Assembly (NCBI RefSeq): GCF_006345805.1
Contig: NC_043010.1
Location: 26,412,001-26,476,000, forward strand
Reading direction: 5' to 3'
Source: Octopus sinensis
Lineage: Eukaryota
DNA length: 64,000 nucleotides
In this document: in pieces, positions 12,620 through 24,389 of the stretch
How the letters are laid out: every line of letters begins with the position of its first letter
Numbering within the stretch: position 1 is the first letter of the stretch
Translations under genes and position numbers: made by a program
Notes under the pieces: model-generated
Databases searched by the model: none
The model's input: only the letters and a program-made list of their open reading frames with translations
Told to the model about the DNA's origin: nothing

Positions 12620-12780
12620 CAGGCATGGCTGTGTGTTAAGAAATTTGCCTCCCAACCCCTTGGTTCTGGGTTCAGTCCCACTAAGTGGCATCTTGGGCAA
12701 GTGTCTTCTACTATAGCCTCAGGGCTGACCCAAAGCCTTGAGTGGATTTTTGGTTGTGAGAAACTGAAAGAAGCTCTTCA
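12620..12780 (+). mobile_element. SINE family S2 (tRNA head, ttgggcaagtgtcttc CORE-like)
   Basis: gggttcagtcccacta..tcttgggcaagtgtcttctactatagcc..gaaactgaaagaagc. Confidence 0.8.
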
Positions 12781-13350
12781 TATGTATATGTGTGTGTGGG
12801 GGGGGGTGAGAGGGAGAGAGAGAGATAGTGTGTGTGTGTGTGAGGAGTGAGGGATAGAGTGTGTGTATGTGTGAGAGGGAGAGAGGTAGAGTGTGTGTGT
12901 GTGTGAGTGGGAGAGAGATAGTGTGTGTGTGTATGTATGTGAGGGAGATAGAAGTATGAAGTGTGTGTGTATGTGTGGGAGGGAGAGAGAGATAGTGTGT
13001 GTATATATGTTTGAGAAGGAGAGAGAGATAATGTGTGTGTGTATGTGTGAGAGGGAGATAGATATAGAGAGATTGTGAGTGTGTATGTGTAAGAGGGAGA
13101 TAGAGAGAGGTGTGTGTGTATGTGTGAGAGGGAGAGAGAAATAGAGAGCGTGTGTATGTGTGAGAGAGAGATAGAGAGAGTGTGTGTGTATGTGTAAGAA
13201 GGAGAGAAAGATAGTGTGTGTGTATGTGTGAGAAGGAGAGAGAGGTTGAGTATGTGTGAGAGAGAGAGGGAAAAAGATAGAGAGAGAGTGTGTGTGTGTG
13301 AGAGAGAGGGAGAGAGAGGGAGTGTGTGTATGTGTGAGAGGGAGAGAAAG
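12780..13350. repeat. Compound (GT)n/(GA)n microsatellite
   Basis: Direct reading. Confidence 0.95.
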
Positions 13351-13691
13351 AATATTCTTATCATTAAGACTGATGAATAAGGAAAAAGAATACAGAACGA
13401 AAAACATTGACAAAGAAATGCGATTAAAAGCAGAGCAAAAATTTACATTCTGGTAAATTAGCAGTTCAGAGAAGGAGATTGATAAAGTAAGTGCCAGACT
13501 AGAATGAGAGTCACTGTCATGCAAGCAGTGTCGGTCATTTCCAATATATTGTGAAATCCTGTCAGACGACAGGGGAAAATATTAATTTAATTGGAAACAT
13601 GTAAAGGTTGGTGACATGGATACAACCCAGCTACAGAAAAATCTGCCTCACTAAATTCTGTCCAACCTATGTAAGTATGGAAAAGTAAAAA

Positions 13692-13990
13692 GCGATGATG
13701 ACGATGATGATGATGATGATGATGGTGATGATGGTGGTGATAACAATGGTGATGATGATAACAATGATGATGATGACAATGATGATGATGATAACGAAGA
13801 TGATGAAAATAATGATGACAATGATGATGATGATAATAATGGTAATGATGATGATAACGATGATGATAATAACAACAATAATGATGATGATGATAACGAT
13901 GATGACGACGACAAGGACAACGACAATGATAATGGCAACAATATTGTTGACAATGACGATGATGATGACAACGACAACGATGATGATAAG
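13692..13990. repeat. (GAT/AAT)n microsatellite, expanded tail of an RTE-tail SINE at ~13600-13700
   Basis: Follows ccaacctatgtaagtatggaaaag...gatgatgac. Confidence 0.9.
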
Positions 13991-14029
13991 ACTGAATAAT
14001 TAAAAGCCTTTATTTGTTCTGCCAATAAG

Positions 14030-14870
14030 GTGACATGGTGAAAAATAAAACGGTTACAGGTCTAACCTGTAGCAGACAATTCCTTTTCTACTCTAGGCAC
14101 AAAGTCCAAAATTTTGGGGGAGGAGGGCAGTCGATCAACCCCAGTACACAACTGGTACTTAATTTATCGACCCTGAAGGGATGAAAGGCAAAGTTGACCT
14201 TGGCGGAATTTGAACTCAGAACATAATGACAGACGAAATACCGCTAAGCATTTCGCCCGGCGTGCTAACACTTCTTATTTCTTTATTGCCCACAAGGGGC
14301 CAAACACAGAGGGGACAAACAATGACAGACAAAGGGATTAAGTCAATTACATCGCCCCCAGTGCGTAACTGGTACTCATTTAATCGACCCCAAAAGGATG
14401 AAAGGCAAAGTCGGCCTCAGGGGAATTTGAACTCAGAACGTAGAGGAAGACGAAATACCTATTTCTTTACTACCCATAAGGGGCCAAGCACAGAGGGGAC
14501 AAACAATGTCAGACAAAGGGATTAAGTCAATTACATTGACCTCAGTGCGTAACTGGTACTTAATTTATCATCCAAAAGGATGAAAGGTAAAGTCAACCTC
14601 GGCGGAATTTGAACTCAGAATGCAATGGCAGACAAAATACCTATTTCTTTACTACTCACAAGGGGCTAAACACAGAGAGGACAAACAAGGACAGACAAAG
14701 GGATTAAGTCGATTATATCAACCCCAGTGCGTAACTGGTACTTATTTAATCGACCCCGAAAGAATGAAAGGCAAAGTTGACCTTGGTGGAATTTAAACTC
14801 AGAACGTAGCAGCAGACAAAATACCACTGAGCATTTTGTCTGGCATGCTAACAATTCTGCCAGCTCGCCA
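14030..14870 (-). mobile_element. Tandem array of about four S1 SINE copies
   Basis: Four aggatgaaagg(c/t)aaagt..cctcgg..gaatttgaactcagaa units; only the last has a full head (ccagctcgccacc). Confidence 0.9.
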
Positions 14871-15579
14871 CCTTATGTAGTAGACAATTCCATCTCATTG
14901 ATATAAGAATGTATTGTACTCCAACAACATAGCCATGACATCTGCTGTTTGCTATCAGTTAGAGGACAAACCGATGGCGCCAGAACAAGCAGAATATTAA
15001 ATAATAGGAAATTCTGTATAACTTCAAGCTTTGGACATTCTACACCATTTGCACGGAGCACAAATATCGGTACAGATTCTCAATGTCATTCCTATTGTTG
15101 TTTGTTCCTTCTCAAACCATGCCTGGTTCATAAGGGCCAGATTCTCGGTTTCATTGGCGTATAAGTTCCCCACCTGAATGGGACGCTGGTCCATCACAGG
15201 TGGGCTGCAAGATGCAGGAGGAAAGAGTGAGAGAAAGTTGTGGCAAAAGAGTCAGCAGAAGTTCACCAATACCTTCTGCCGGAGCTACGTGGAGCTTAGG
15301 TGTTGCGCTCATAAACACACACATCGCCCAGTCTGAGATTCGAACCCACGATCTCTAGACCGCTTGTCTGCTGCTCTAACTACTAGGCAATGTGCCACCA
15401 TGCCTCTGCTCTTAGTAATTCGTAATTCCTCATTACTCAGTAAATTGCCAGTATTAGCAGATGGCAGGCATTGATCTGTTTTACCAAATCTTTGGTTTAT
15501 GTGACTTAATACACAGCCATGAGTCTCTCGATTAGAATCTGTGTACATGCTGTCAAAATTCACTCTTTTCAAAATAGCA

Positions 15580-15870
15580 TTACACTGTTGCTGCCACTAT
15601 TACTACTACTAGCAGCACTACCACCACCACCACCACCATCACCACCACTACTGCTGCTGCTGCTACTACTACTACTACTACGACTGTTGATGCTGCTGCT
15701 GCCACTATTACTACCACCACCACCACCACTACAGCCACTGCCGCTGCTGCTGCTACTACTACTACTACTACTACTACTACTATAACTACTACTATAACTA
15801 CTGCTGCTGCTGCTGCTACTACTTCTACTGCTAATGTTAATGCTGCTGCTGCCACTATTACTACTACTCT
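15580..15870. repeat. (CTA/CCA/CTG)n trinucleotide repeat
   Basis: Direct reading. Confidence 0.9.
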
Positions 15871-16170
15871 GAGGGTTTAGTCAAACAAATTGGTCTCAAT
15901 AGTTTGTTTTTTAAAACCTGACACTTGTTCTATTGATGACTTTTGCCAAACCGCTAAGTTACAGGGATGTAAACATACCAACACTGGTTGTCAAGCAGTG
16001 ATGGGGAACACACACACACACGCAACTGGCTTCTTTCAGTTTCCATCAACCAAATCCACTCACAAGATTTTGGTTGGCCAGAAGCTATAGCAGAAGATAC
16101 TTTCACAGTGGGACTGAACCTGGGACCATGTGGTTGGGAAGCAAACTTCTTACCACACAGCCACACCACT
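15845..16170 (-). mobile_element. SINE family S2
   Basis: Reverse of gtggtaagaagtttgcttcccaaccacatggtcccaggttcagtccc. Confidence 0.8.
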
Positions 16171-16314
16171 ACCTCAGTTATTAAAATGGTGAAGTGAACA
16201 GTCAAAGACTTCACTTGTTCCCTGCAGCATTCTGTTCTTAATTAGGATGAATTTTAATTTACACTAGAGTGGGTGGGGGGTTCAGAATATTAGTCATTAA
16301 AATAATCCTTTCTA

Positions 16315-16520
16315 TTATAGGCACAAGACCTGAAATTTGTGGGGAGGGGGTAAATTGAATTCATTGACCCCTGTGCACAACTGGTACTTGAGTTAATCAA
16401 CCCTTAAAGGATGAAAGGCAAAGTCGACTTGAGCGGAATTTGAACTCAGAACATAGCCACAGATGGAATACTGCTAAGCATTTCACCCGGTGTGCTAACG
16501 GCTCTGCCAGCTTGCCACCT
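16315..16520 (-). mobile_element. SINE family S1
   Basis: aaaggatgaaaggcaaagtcgac...ctgccagcttgccacc. Confidence 0.85.
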
Positions 16521-17064
16521 AATTAGTCTTTGAAATAATGACTTCCTTTTTTTCCTCATTACCACATGTATAATTCTAATTAACTGGAATTTCTTGGTTT
16601 GCTATATTATTTGAGAACTAATCTCTTGAATATTTGTCAAACCATTTGTTGTTGCTCTAAGTCTGCTGCCGAAAGTATAAAAATCTATCAGGATATTCTG
16701 TGATGACATTTTTATAAGATTTTCATTTTTTCTTTCCTTGAAATATATAAAAGCTTTTCTAATGATAAGGAAAATGTTACCAGCATCATTACTTTATGGT
16801 GAGTTTGTCATTGATGGGAGTTGATAAAATAATAGCAATTAAGACCAAGGTAGGGCACTTGGCCCCTACAGTGTTGCCGTGCACTCAGCCCTCTCTCATG
16901 CAGTCAATGGAAGTTCCACCATGGTGTTCTGTTGTGGATTAGTGGTGAGCACGATTAACTACCTCCTCAAAGAGACTCTATTGATTAAAATTTACTGCCT
17001 GGTTTATTCCAGAAGACTTTCAGTCCAAGGCCTATGGATAAGAGCACTGTGGTTGTTTTTATTG

Positions 17065-17463
17065 ACTACTAGCAGTATCGCCCGGCGTTGCTCGGGTTTG
17101 TAAGGGAAATAATTATATAAGCATTTTTAGAGATGTAAAGTATAATAGCCATCTCAATATGGCTAACCACAAAGGGGGAGGGGTGTTACTGTAGCTTTTT
17201 ACGTTCTGAGATTTAATAATAAATTTTAGAGAGTTACTTCCCTTATATATGTCAAAAATGGATTAAAAATGGGAAAAATTGATGGTAAATTTTTTTTAAA
17301 TCGTAGACTCATCGTAGACGCGCGCTAATACCCAGACGGTCTCGATATGAATCACGACTATAAGATACCCGGTTTTGGTTAAACTGCACCGCAAAATGTG
17401 GGAGTAGTTAGGAATCTAAATCGTAGGAGACAGACACACAACCTCACTTTTATATATAAAGAT
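17065..17463 (+). mobile_element. Helitron/Helentron-type non-autonomous element
   Basis: Starts actagcagtatcgcccggcgttgctcggg; ends agacagacacacaacctcacttttatatataaagat. Confidence 0.6.
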
Positions 17464-17628
17464 TTCCTCTATTTACATAATATTGAGGTCTCTTTCTTTC
17501 TTTTGTTATCTTACTGTTTTTACCAATATACATATATATATATATATATATAAATATATATATAGTTACAGAGATGTACTTGCATAGCAAGTGACTTGAT
17601 CTGAGATCGTGTGCTGGAACGAAAACAG

Positions 17629-17887
17629 TTGCAGCGTTGAAGGTGTTTATAAGCCATTTAAGAAACACACAAAAACCGTTAGATTCACTTCAACATTTAA
17701 ATTTAATTTGTCAAAATATTTTCGTCGCTTTGAGACCGCGACCTGTTAGCACGATATTTTTGTCAGTGAACAGGTCGCGGTCTCAAAGCGACGAAAATAT
17801 TTTGGCAAATTAAATTTAAATGTTGAAGTGAATGTAACGGTTTTTGTGTGTTTCTTAAATGGCTTACAAACACCTTCCACGCTGCAA
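17629..17887. repeat. Foldback inverted repeat (119-bp arms, 21-nt spacer), probable inverted PLE pLTR
   Basis: 17629-17747 vs 17769-17887 with ~4 mismatches. Confidence 0.9.
17759..17809 (+). ncRNA. Minimal type-I hammerhead ribozyme motif, G3-C8 core variant
   Basis: UUUGUCA-GUGAACA-G-GUCGC(GGUCUCAAA)GCGAC-GAAA-AUAU-UU/UGGCAAA: 7-bp stem I, 5-bp stem II, palindromic stem III AAUAUU. Confidence 0.75.
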
Positions 17888-17905
17888 TATATATATACAC
17901 ACATA

Positions 17906-17936
<31 letters not shown>

Positions 17937-18254
17937 GTGTATATGTGTATGCATGTATGTGTGTGTGTGTGCGTGTCTGTGCTTGTGATTGTCCTCCACC
18001 ACTGCTTGACAACGAATGTTGGTTTGTTTACATCCCTGTCACCTAGTGGTTTGACAAAGGAAACAGATAGAATAAGTACAATGCTTACAAAAATAAAACG
18101 AGTTGATTCATTAAACTACAATTCTTCAAGGCATTGCCCCAGCATGGCCACAGACCAATGGCTGGAAAAAGCAGAAGAATAAAAGAATACATTCTCTGCT
18201 TTGGTCTTATGTTCAAGGCATGAGAAAGCTTGAGTTTACATGAGAAGGCCTAAC

Positions 18255-18622
18255 AGACCTGGTAGAAACAGCAGCCAAATCTCCCTCAAATCACACCTTA
18301 CTGTCTTATGTATGTATATATATATGAGCCAATGAGGGGGACCTCTACATGGTAGCTAGACCTGGTAGAAATAGCAGCCAAATTTCCCCCAAATCACACC
18401 TTACTGTCTTATCTATGTATATATGTATGTATGAGCCTATGAGGGAGACCCCTACATGGCAGCTAGACCTGGTAGAAATAGCAGCCAAATTTCCCCCAAA
18501 TCACACTTTACTGTCTTATCTATGTATATATGTATGAGCCTATGAGGGAGACCCCTACATGACAGCTAGACATGGTAGAAATAGCAGCCAAATCTCCCTC
18601 AAATCACACCTTACTGTCTTAT
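18255..18622 (+). repeat. Minisatellite, 4 units of 103-107 bp
   Basis: agacctggtagaaatagcagccaaat..caaatcacac..actgtctta starts at 18255, 18358, 18465, 18568. Confidence 0.9.
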
Positions 18623-19261
18623 CTTTCTGCTACTTGGATATAGGTGTTATATTCGTTGTAAAAAACTTTCCTGTCACACACTCACGCACACGCACACACA
18701 CACACACGCACCCTCACACACACCCACTCACACACACCCACTCACACACACGCACGTTAGCTTACAATTTTATTTATATATTTGCGTGTCTATGTGTTGA
18801 AAGAGGAAGTGGGAGGCAGAGTGAAAGAATCACTCACTACAGTAATTCAATTACTTTCATTTTATTCGTTGCCCACTGTGTGTGTGCGTTTGCGTGTGGT
18901 GTAAACCAGACTAAGAAAAGCATTTGACACACACACCAGAATGTGAGTTTTCTGTAAATTTTGCTTAATTGGAGTTTAAATTTTAAAAACTGGACCTGGC
19001 ATGACGCGATGCATTGTACTCTTAAAAATGCAAGGTAAATTGTAATTGAAGAAATGCTATATTGTAGATTTGTATAACTCCCAAAGGGAGGCAGATAAAA
19101 TCTGCCTTTTATAATAAGAGATACCACCACCCAAAATTTGACAATATGTGCCTATGTTAAAAACTAGGTGAGAAATCATCTAGGAAAAGTTGTTGGGATG
19201 GCAGTTCAAGGCCAGGAAATGCAGAATCATGTTGCCAGATAGTGTTATGGGAAAGATGAAC

Positions 19262-19424
19262 TGTACATTATTTACGTTATTTACATTATTTTCATTTGAC
19301 GGATATTTGCCCTCATCTTGTTTGTTGTTAACACAATGTTTCAGCTGATTTATCCTCCAGCTTTCATCAGGTGTCATGGGGAAATTTCAAACCTGGGTTC
19401 TCATTCCTAAGGTATTTTTTAAAG

Positions 19425-19460
<36 letters not shown>

Positions 19461-19580
19461 TATTATTATTATCATTCAGGTCACTGCCTGGAACCTAACT
19501 TGGAATCTTGGGGTTAATAGCCCGCACTCTTAACCACTACGCCATATGCCCTTGGGCATATGGCGTAGTGGTTAAGAGTG
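19262..19580 (-). mobile_element. Composite element: tRNA-derived head + (AAT)n + hammerhead motif
   Basis: A-box TGGCGTAGTGG, anticodon-like arm, (AAT)n, HHR at 19330-19375; homologous copy at 60204-60520. Confidence 0.75.
19330..19375 (-). ncRNA. Minimal type-I hammerhead motif, canonical core
   Basis: GACAC-CUGAUGA-A-AGCUG(GAGGAUAAAU)CAGCU-GAAA-CA-UU/GUGUU; stem III palindrome ACGU decayed to ACAU. Confidence 0.7.
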
Positions 19581-21029
19581 GACTGGTTAAATTGGTCTGA
19601 GGTTTGGTTTAATCTGGACCACCAGGTAAATAAGAATTGGGGAAGGTAATGAGCAAGGTAGCCAATCTCATCCAGGAATAGCTGATAAGAATCTGTCTTT
19701 GAAAAGTAGAGATAGCAAATGTCTACATTATATTCATCATCCTCAGCTCCCTGACTGTTGTGTTTTGCCCTACTTCATGGCTGACCAGGCTGAAGTGCAA
19801 GATCTTCCACTTTCTGTGGAGGGCTGATTTCATTGGTCAGATGGTTTGTTTGATATCAACACCAACTATGCAGAGGACTGGGCATGTCATGGTTATTGAT
19901 ATGCAGACATGCACTGAAGCTATGACATGTCTAGAACTTTCTTTATAATGAGCAGGAATAGTCATTGTTTGTCAGACTTGCTTTTTGACAATTTGTCTTT
20001 TTGAGCAACAGTCCTGGATCAAGCACAGACTGAGTCAGGGCATCCAGCACCTAGATTGCTGTCAGGTGCTCACCACCCTCTGCTAGTTGGGAAATATGGT
20101 TAGGGGATGTTCCCCTATGATATTCTTTGGAGGATTAGTGGTAGTCATGAGTGATGCCATTCTTGGGGAAACTCGGTGTCAATAAAAATCAACTGACTGA
20201 TTTGTTCTTGAAAGCTTTCAGTCCTGGGCCTTTGGATAATTTCCAGAAAAATACATGCCTGGCAGAGCCACCAGAGATCTTTGTTAGTTGAAGATAAACT
20301 CTACAGGCATGATAGTGCTATCAATCAGATCTATTTCAAATGCATGTAGAGCAATGAAACCATATTGTATGTAATTGTACAATGCTCAAATATTTCTGGA
20401 TTTGTGTTAAACAACTGCTATTGTGTATAGAATGGAGCTGGTTATTATCCATCTCCAGTGTAAAGATTACCCCACTGCCCTCCTTTGGCTGGAAAGGGTA
20501 GGCTGTTTTTCTCTTCCTCATGGCTATGAAAAAAAGGTTGTGTGGGGGATGTGACTGAAAGGACTAAAAACAGACACTTTCCTCTTTGGTGAAACCTTCA
20601 TCGACTTCTTTTAGGTTCCACTTAAAAAAGGAGGAGAGGGTGGAAATGAAAGTTTTGCCCCTCATCTGTAAATTTGTTGAAAGGTGGGTGAAGGTGGTGA
20701 GTAAGAAGATCATTTCTGAGCCTGTGTCTGTTGGCTGGAGAGAACAGATATTATTGTCCACCGCCCGCCTCGTCAATAACATACGGACACACACACTCGT
20801 GCTCTCGATTGTAGCCGCCACTGCTGCTGCTAACTACTACTAAGACCGATATCTGTTCTCTCCAACCAACAGACACTGATATCATTGGTGGTCAGGGAGA
20901 TCCAGATTCAACAGGTTTCCTTGGTGGCTCCTTCGTTGCTCCTTGCTGGTACTCTTCTCTTTTGGGGAATTTTGATTTTTTTTTATTATTTACATGAGTT
21001 CATGTAAATCATCACTGTTCTTTATCTTT

Positions 21030-21545
21030 TATTGTCCTAAATATTTTCTGGCCCTTGTGGCCAATAAAGAAGGCATTATTATTATTACTATTTTATTGTC
21101 TTTGCACAGCTTCTAACGCTGGAGATGTAATATGGTGTCAGCTGTTCAGTACCAGTGAACTAAGGTAACACCCCTTATTCTTCAAGCACCATCCAGAGTA
21201 TTTGAGCGGTTCCAAGCAGTGCTGTTTTCTGCAAGTGCACCACCCTTATTGCAGCCCCTATTTGTTCCATGTATTTCTCAAGATTTTTGCTCACTGTTCC
21301 CAGGGCTTTGACAGTTATTGGTACTACTGCTACCTTTTTATCAACCACAACTGCTTGACCTCCCAAGCTAACCTGTCACATCTCTTGACTTTACTTTCTT
21401 CCTTATAGCATACCTTGTTGTCAGTTAGGCATGCTATATCTATGATTCAGCATAGTTTGTTTTCTTTCTCAATTAAGACTATGCCTGGTTTCCTATTCTC
21501 TATCTCATGGATGCACTGAATCATAAAATCCCATAGGGTCTTTGC
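21030..21545 (-). mobile_element. R4/Dong-like LINE 3' end (restriction-like endonuclease fragment + 3' UTR + (TAA)n tail)
   Basis: VAVVPITVKALGTVSKNLEKYMEQIG..LQKTALLGTAQILWMVLEE*; same family as 49535-49965. Confidence 0.8.
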
Positions 21546-21579
21546 ATTATCATTTTTTATGATGTCTTCGCGTTTATGT

Positions 21580-21600
21580 TCATTATTATTATTATTATTA

Positions 21601-21640
<40 letters not shown>

Positions 21641-21950
21641 ATTATTATTATTATTATTATGTTCATTATTATGTTCATCATTATTATTATTATTATTATC
21701 GTTATTATTACTGTCTTTGCACAGCTTATTATTATTATCATCATCATCATCATCATTATTAAAGCAGTGAACTAGCTGCATTGTTAGCACACCAGATAAA
21801 AAGCTTAGTGGCATTTCGTTTATTGCTACGTTCTGAGTTCAAACTCCGCTAAGGTCAACTTTGCCTTTCATCCTTTCGGGGTCAATAAATTAAGTACCAG
21901 TGAAACCTCTCTCCAAATTTCAGGTCTTGTGCCTTAAAGAGAAAGGATTA
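21580..21950 (+). mobile_element. (TTA)n microsatellite followed by S1 SINE
   Basis: aagcagtgaactagctgca head..gcctttcatcctttcggggtcaataaattaagtaccag. Confidence 0.8.
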
Positions 21951-21954
21951 TTAT

Positions 21955-22658
21955 AACTATTATTATTATTATTATTGCTTTTTTTTTCTTCTTTCAAATT
22001 TGCTTCCATTTCTTGCCGAGTGTCTTCCCAACTCCTAGGGCAAAGAAACTCATAATATACATTGGTAGGCCATTAAACCAAACTCAATAGTTCGTTCATT
22101 TAAAAAAAATTTTTTTTTTTTTAATTTAAGTTAAATTAAAATACATGAGCAGCAACAGTTCTCACATCGACAATGCTCTTCTCAATACGTGTGATGTACC
22201 AGTTAAGACAATCTTTTGCACTTCTTGCAGGGATGGTAAGCCAGGGATCATTCTCATATAATTTTCGGTTCCCTTCTTGATCATTCCTAGTGCTCCTACG
22301 ATCACTGGTATTGTAACCGCCTTGAGATGCCACATTTTCTCAATTTCAATGAGTAGGTCTTTATATTTTCTGAGCTTGTCAAACTCTTTCGCTGAGATAT
22401 TATGATCACAGGGGATGCTCATGTCGATCAATAAGCAAACTTTATTGTTTTGGTCTTTCACAACAATATCTGGTTTATTGGCCTTGATAGTTCGGTCTGT
22501 ATGTACTGGAAAGTCCCACAGAATCGTCATATTTTCTCCTTCAGTTACAGCCTCAGGGTGGTGATTATACCACTTGTCGGCAGTTTTGATATTGTAATGC
22601 CGACTTATTAGCCAGTGTAGATATTGGCCAACTCTGTCATGTCTTAATTTATACTCCA

Positions 22659-22659
<1 letters not shown>
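21955..22659 (-). mobile_element. R4/Dong-like LINE 3' end with intact restriction-like endonuclease (REL) domain
   Basis: 22162-22659 encodes 165 aa without stops: RHDRVG..W..TILWDFPVHTDRTIKANKPDIVVKD..LIDMSIP..E..K..KY; (TAA)n on both sides. Confidence 0.92.
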
Positions 22660-22712
<53 letters not shown>

Positions 22713-22744
22713 CATTGTCATTATTATTATTATTATTATTAAAG

Positions 22745-22955
22745 TGGAGAGCTGGCAGAATCATTAGCATGCTGGGTGAAATGCTTGATAGTATTTTGTC
22801 TGTCTTCACATTGTGAGTTCAAATTCCACTGAGGTCGACTTTGCCTTTCATCCTTTCGGGGTCAATAAATTAAGTACCAGTGAAACACTGGGGGTCGGTG
22901 TAATTGACTAGTCTCCTCCCACAAAATGGCTGCCCTTGTGGCAAAATTTGAAACC
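22745..22955 (+). mobile_element. SINE family S1
   Basis: gagctggcagaatcattagc head, gagttcaaattcc B-box, conserved core. Confidence 0.9.
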
Positions 22956-23575
22956 ATTATTATTATTATCATTGTTGTTGTAGTAGTTGTTGATGTCCTT
23001 ATTATTATTACTGTTGTTGTTGTTGTTTATATTTTTGTACCAAATCTCATAATTCCAATTAAAGAAATGAACAAAACTTTAGTACACTGGGGGCAATGTT
23101 GATTCCTACTCCTTGAGAGGGAGTGATGATAGTATGTTGATTATGAATCAGAAGAGGGGGATTATAATTAATAACTAAATCTAAAATCAGTAACGAACAG
23201 AGACAAGCTTCTTATCACTATCTCAGATGGCCAAAAGGCAAATCTGTTTTTTGCTTTTTTTGTTTTGTTTTTTGGAAAAGAAGAAATAGTATAATGATTA
23301 AGGTGACTCCAGTTTATGACTGGTACTTACTTTTCTTATCCTCTTTCACTACCACTGGACCCTGTACTTGACAGAACATAAAGACAGATGGAATGCCACT
23401 AAGCATCCCTACCACTTTGCATTCATGTGAACTCCGTACTCATGCTCTGTGGGCAATCGTCTACCAATCCTTGTGAATGGATTTGGTAGAAAGAAAGATA
23501 TATATATGCCTGTTGCATATATAAATATGTATATATATATATATAAATAAATATATATATACATATATATATATA

Positions 23576-23765
23576 TAATTAAGAGAAGTAACCTCTATTA
23601 AGTAATTCAATAGTGAAAGATATTATCTGTATCATATAGAAAAAATTTAAATATGCTATAATAAATATCATTCAAAAAATCAATGAATGAAATAAATATA
23701 GTATATAATATAGATAATATCTTTCACTATTGAATTGCTTAATAGACGTTATTTCTCTTTATTAT
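23576..23765. repeat. AT-rich imperfect inverted repeat (~50-bp arms)
   Basis: ctattaagtaattcaatagtgaaagatattatct vs agataatatctttcactattgaattgcttaatag. Confidence 0.75.
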
Positions 23766-23842
23766 ATGAAATTTGATTTAGAATTGCTAAATTGAATTTT
23801 TCCCTGTAAGTTTGGAATTATATTCCCTACTATATATATATA

Positions 23843-23873
<31 letters not shown>

Positions 23874-24047
23874 CAGATAAAGGGTGAAATATAATTAATT
23901 TAATAAAATCAACAAATTTCACCAAGTAGTTGTCTGTGGAGACATATTTTTGTAGTAAAAGAAATAACAGTCCTCTAGCTGCTATTTCTAATACTTTCGG
24001 TATGTGGTCTAGCAACTTGTTGCAAAGACCCTCTTTGTTATAAATAT

Positions 24048-24097
<50 letters not shown>

Positions 24098-24199
24098 AGT
24101 AGTACCTCAATTTTCAAACAATTCTGATCATGAATAAATCGTGCTTTATATATATGTATATATATTATATATACATACATATATATATATATATGTATG

Positions 24200-24230
<31 letters not shown>

Positions 24231-24269
24231 GTGTATATATATATAAATATATATATATATGTATGTGTG

Positions 24270-24342
<73 letters not shown>

Positions 24343-24345
24343 TAT

Positions 24346-24386
<41 letters not shown>

Positions 24387-24389
<3 letters not shown>

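Noticed and set aside
12711-16090. S/H/T/L-rich and poly-M/poly-L ORFs (also 27664-28529, 33704-35659, 47254-48612)
   Set aside because: Products of GA/GT/GAT/GGT/CTA repeats.
19480-19560. Functional tRNA gene
   Set aside because: Only a tRNA-like head with a degenerate B-box and no acceptor stem, running into (AAT)n; SINE-type.
19600-20900. Unique-looking region with ORFs 20564-20821 and 20586-20843 as a host exon or Tx1 LINE
   Set aside because: No recognisable domain or convincing splice signals; only a faint, unsupported resemblance to decayed LINE sequence.
22660-22809. N-terminal extension with poly-Asn on the REL ORF 22162-22809
   Set aside because: Chance read-through of an antisense SINE head and (AAT)n; the real homology starts at ~22659.
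23940-24040. CCGAAAGTATTAGAAATAGC hammerhead 3' half on the minus strand (also a loose match at 42650-42700)
   Set aside because: The core and 5' stem I are missing or too degenerate to call.
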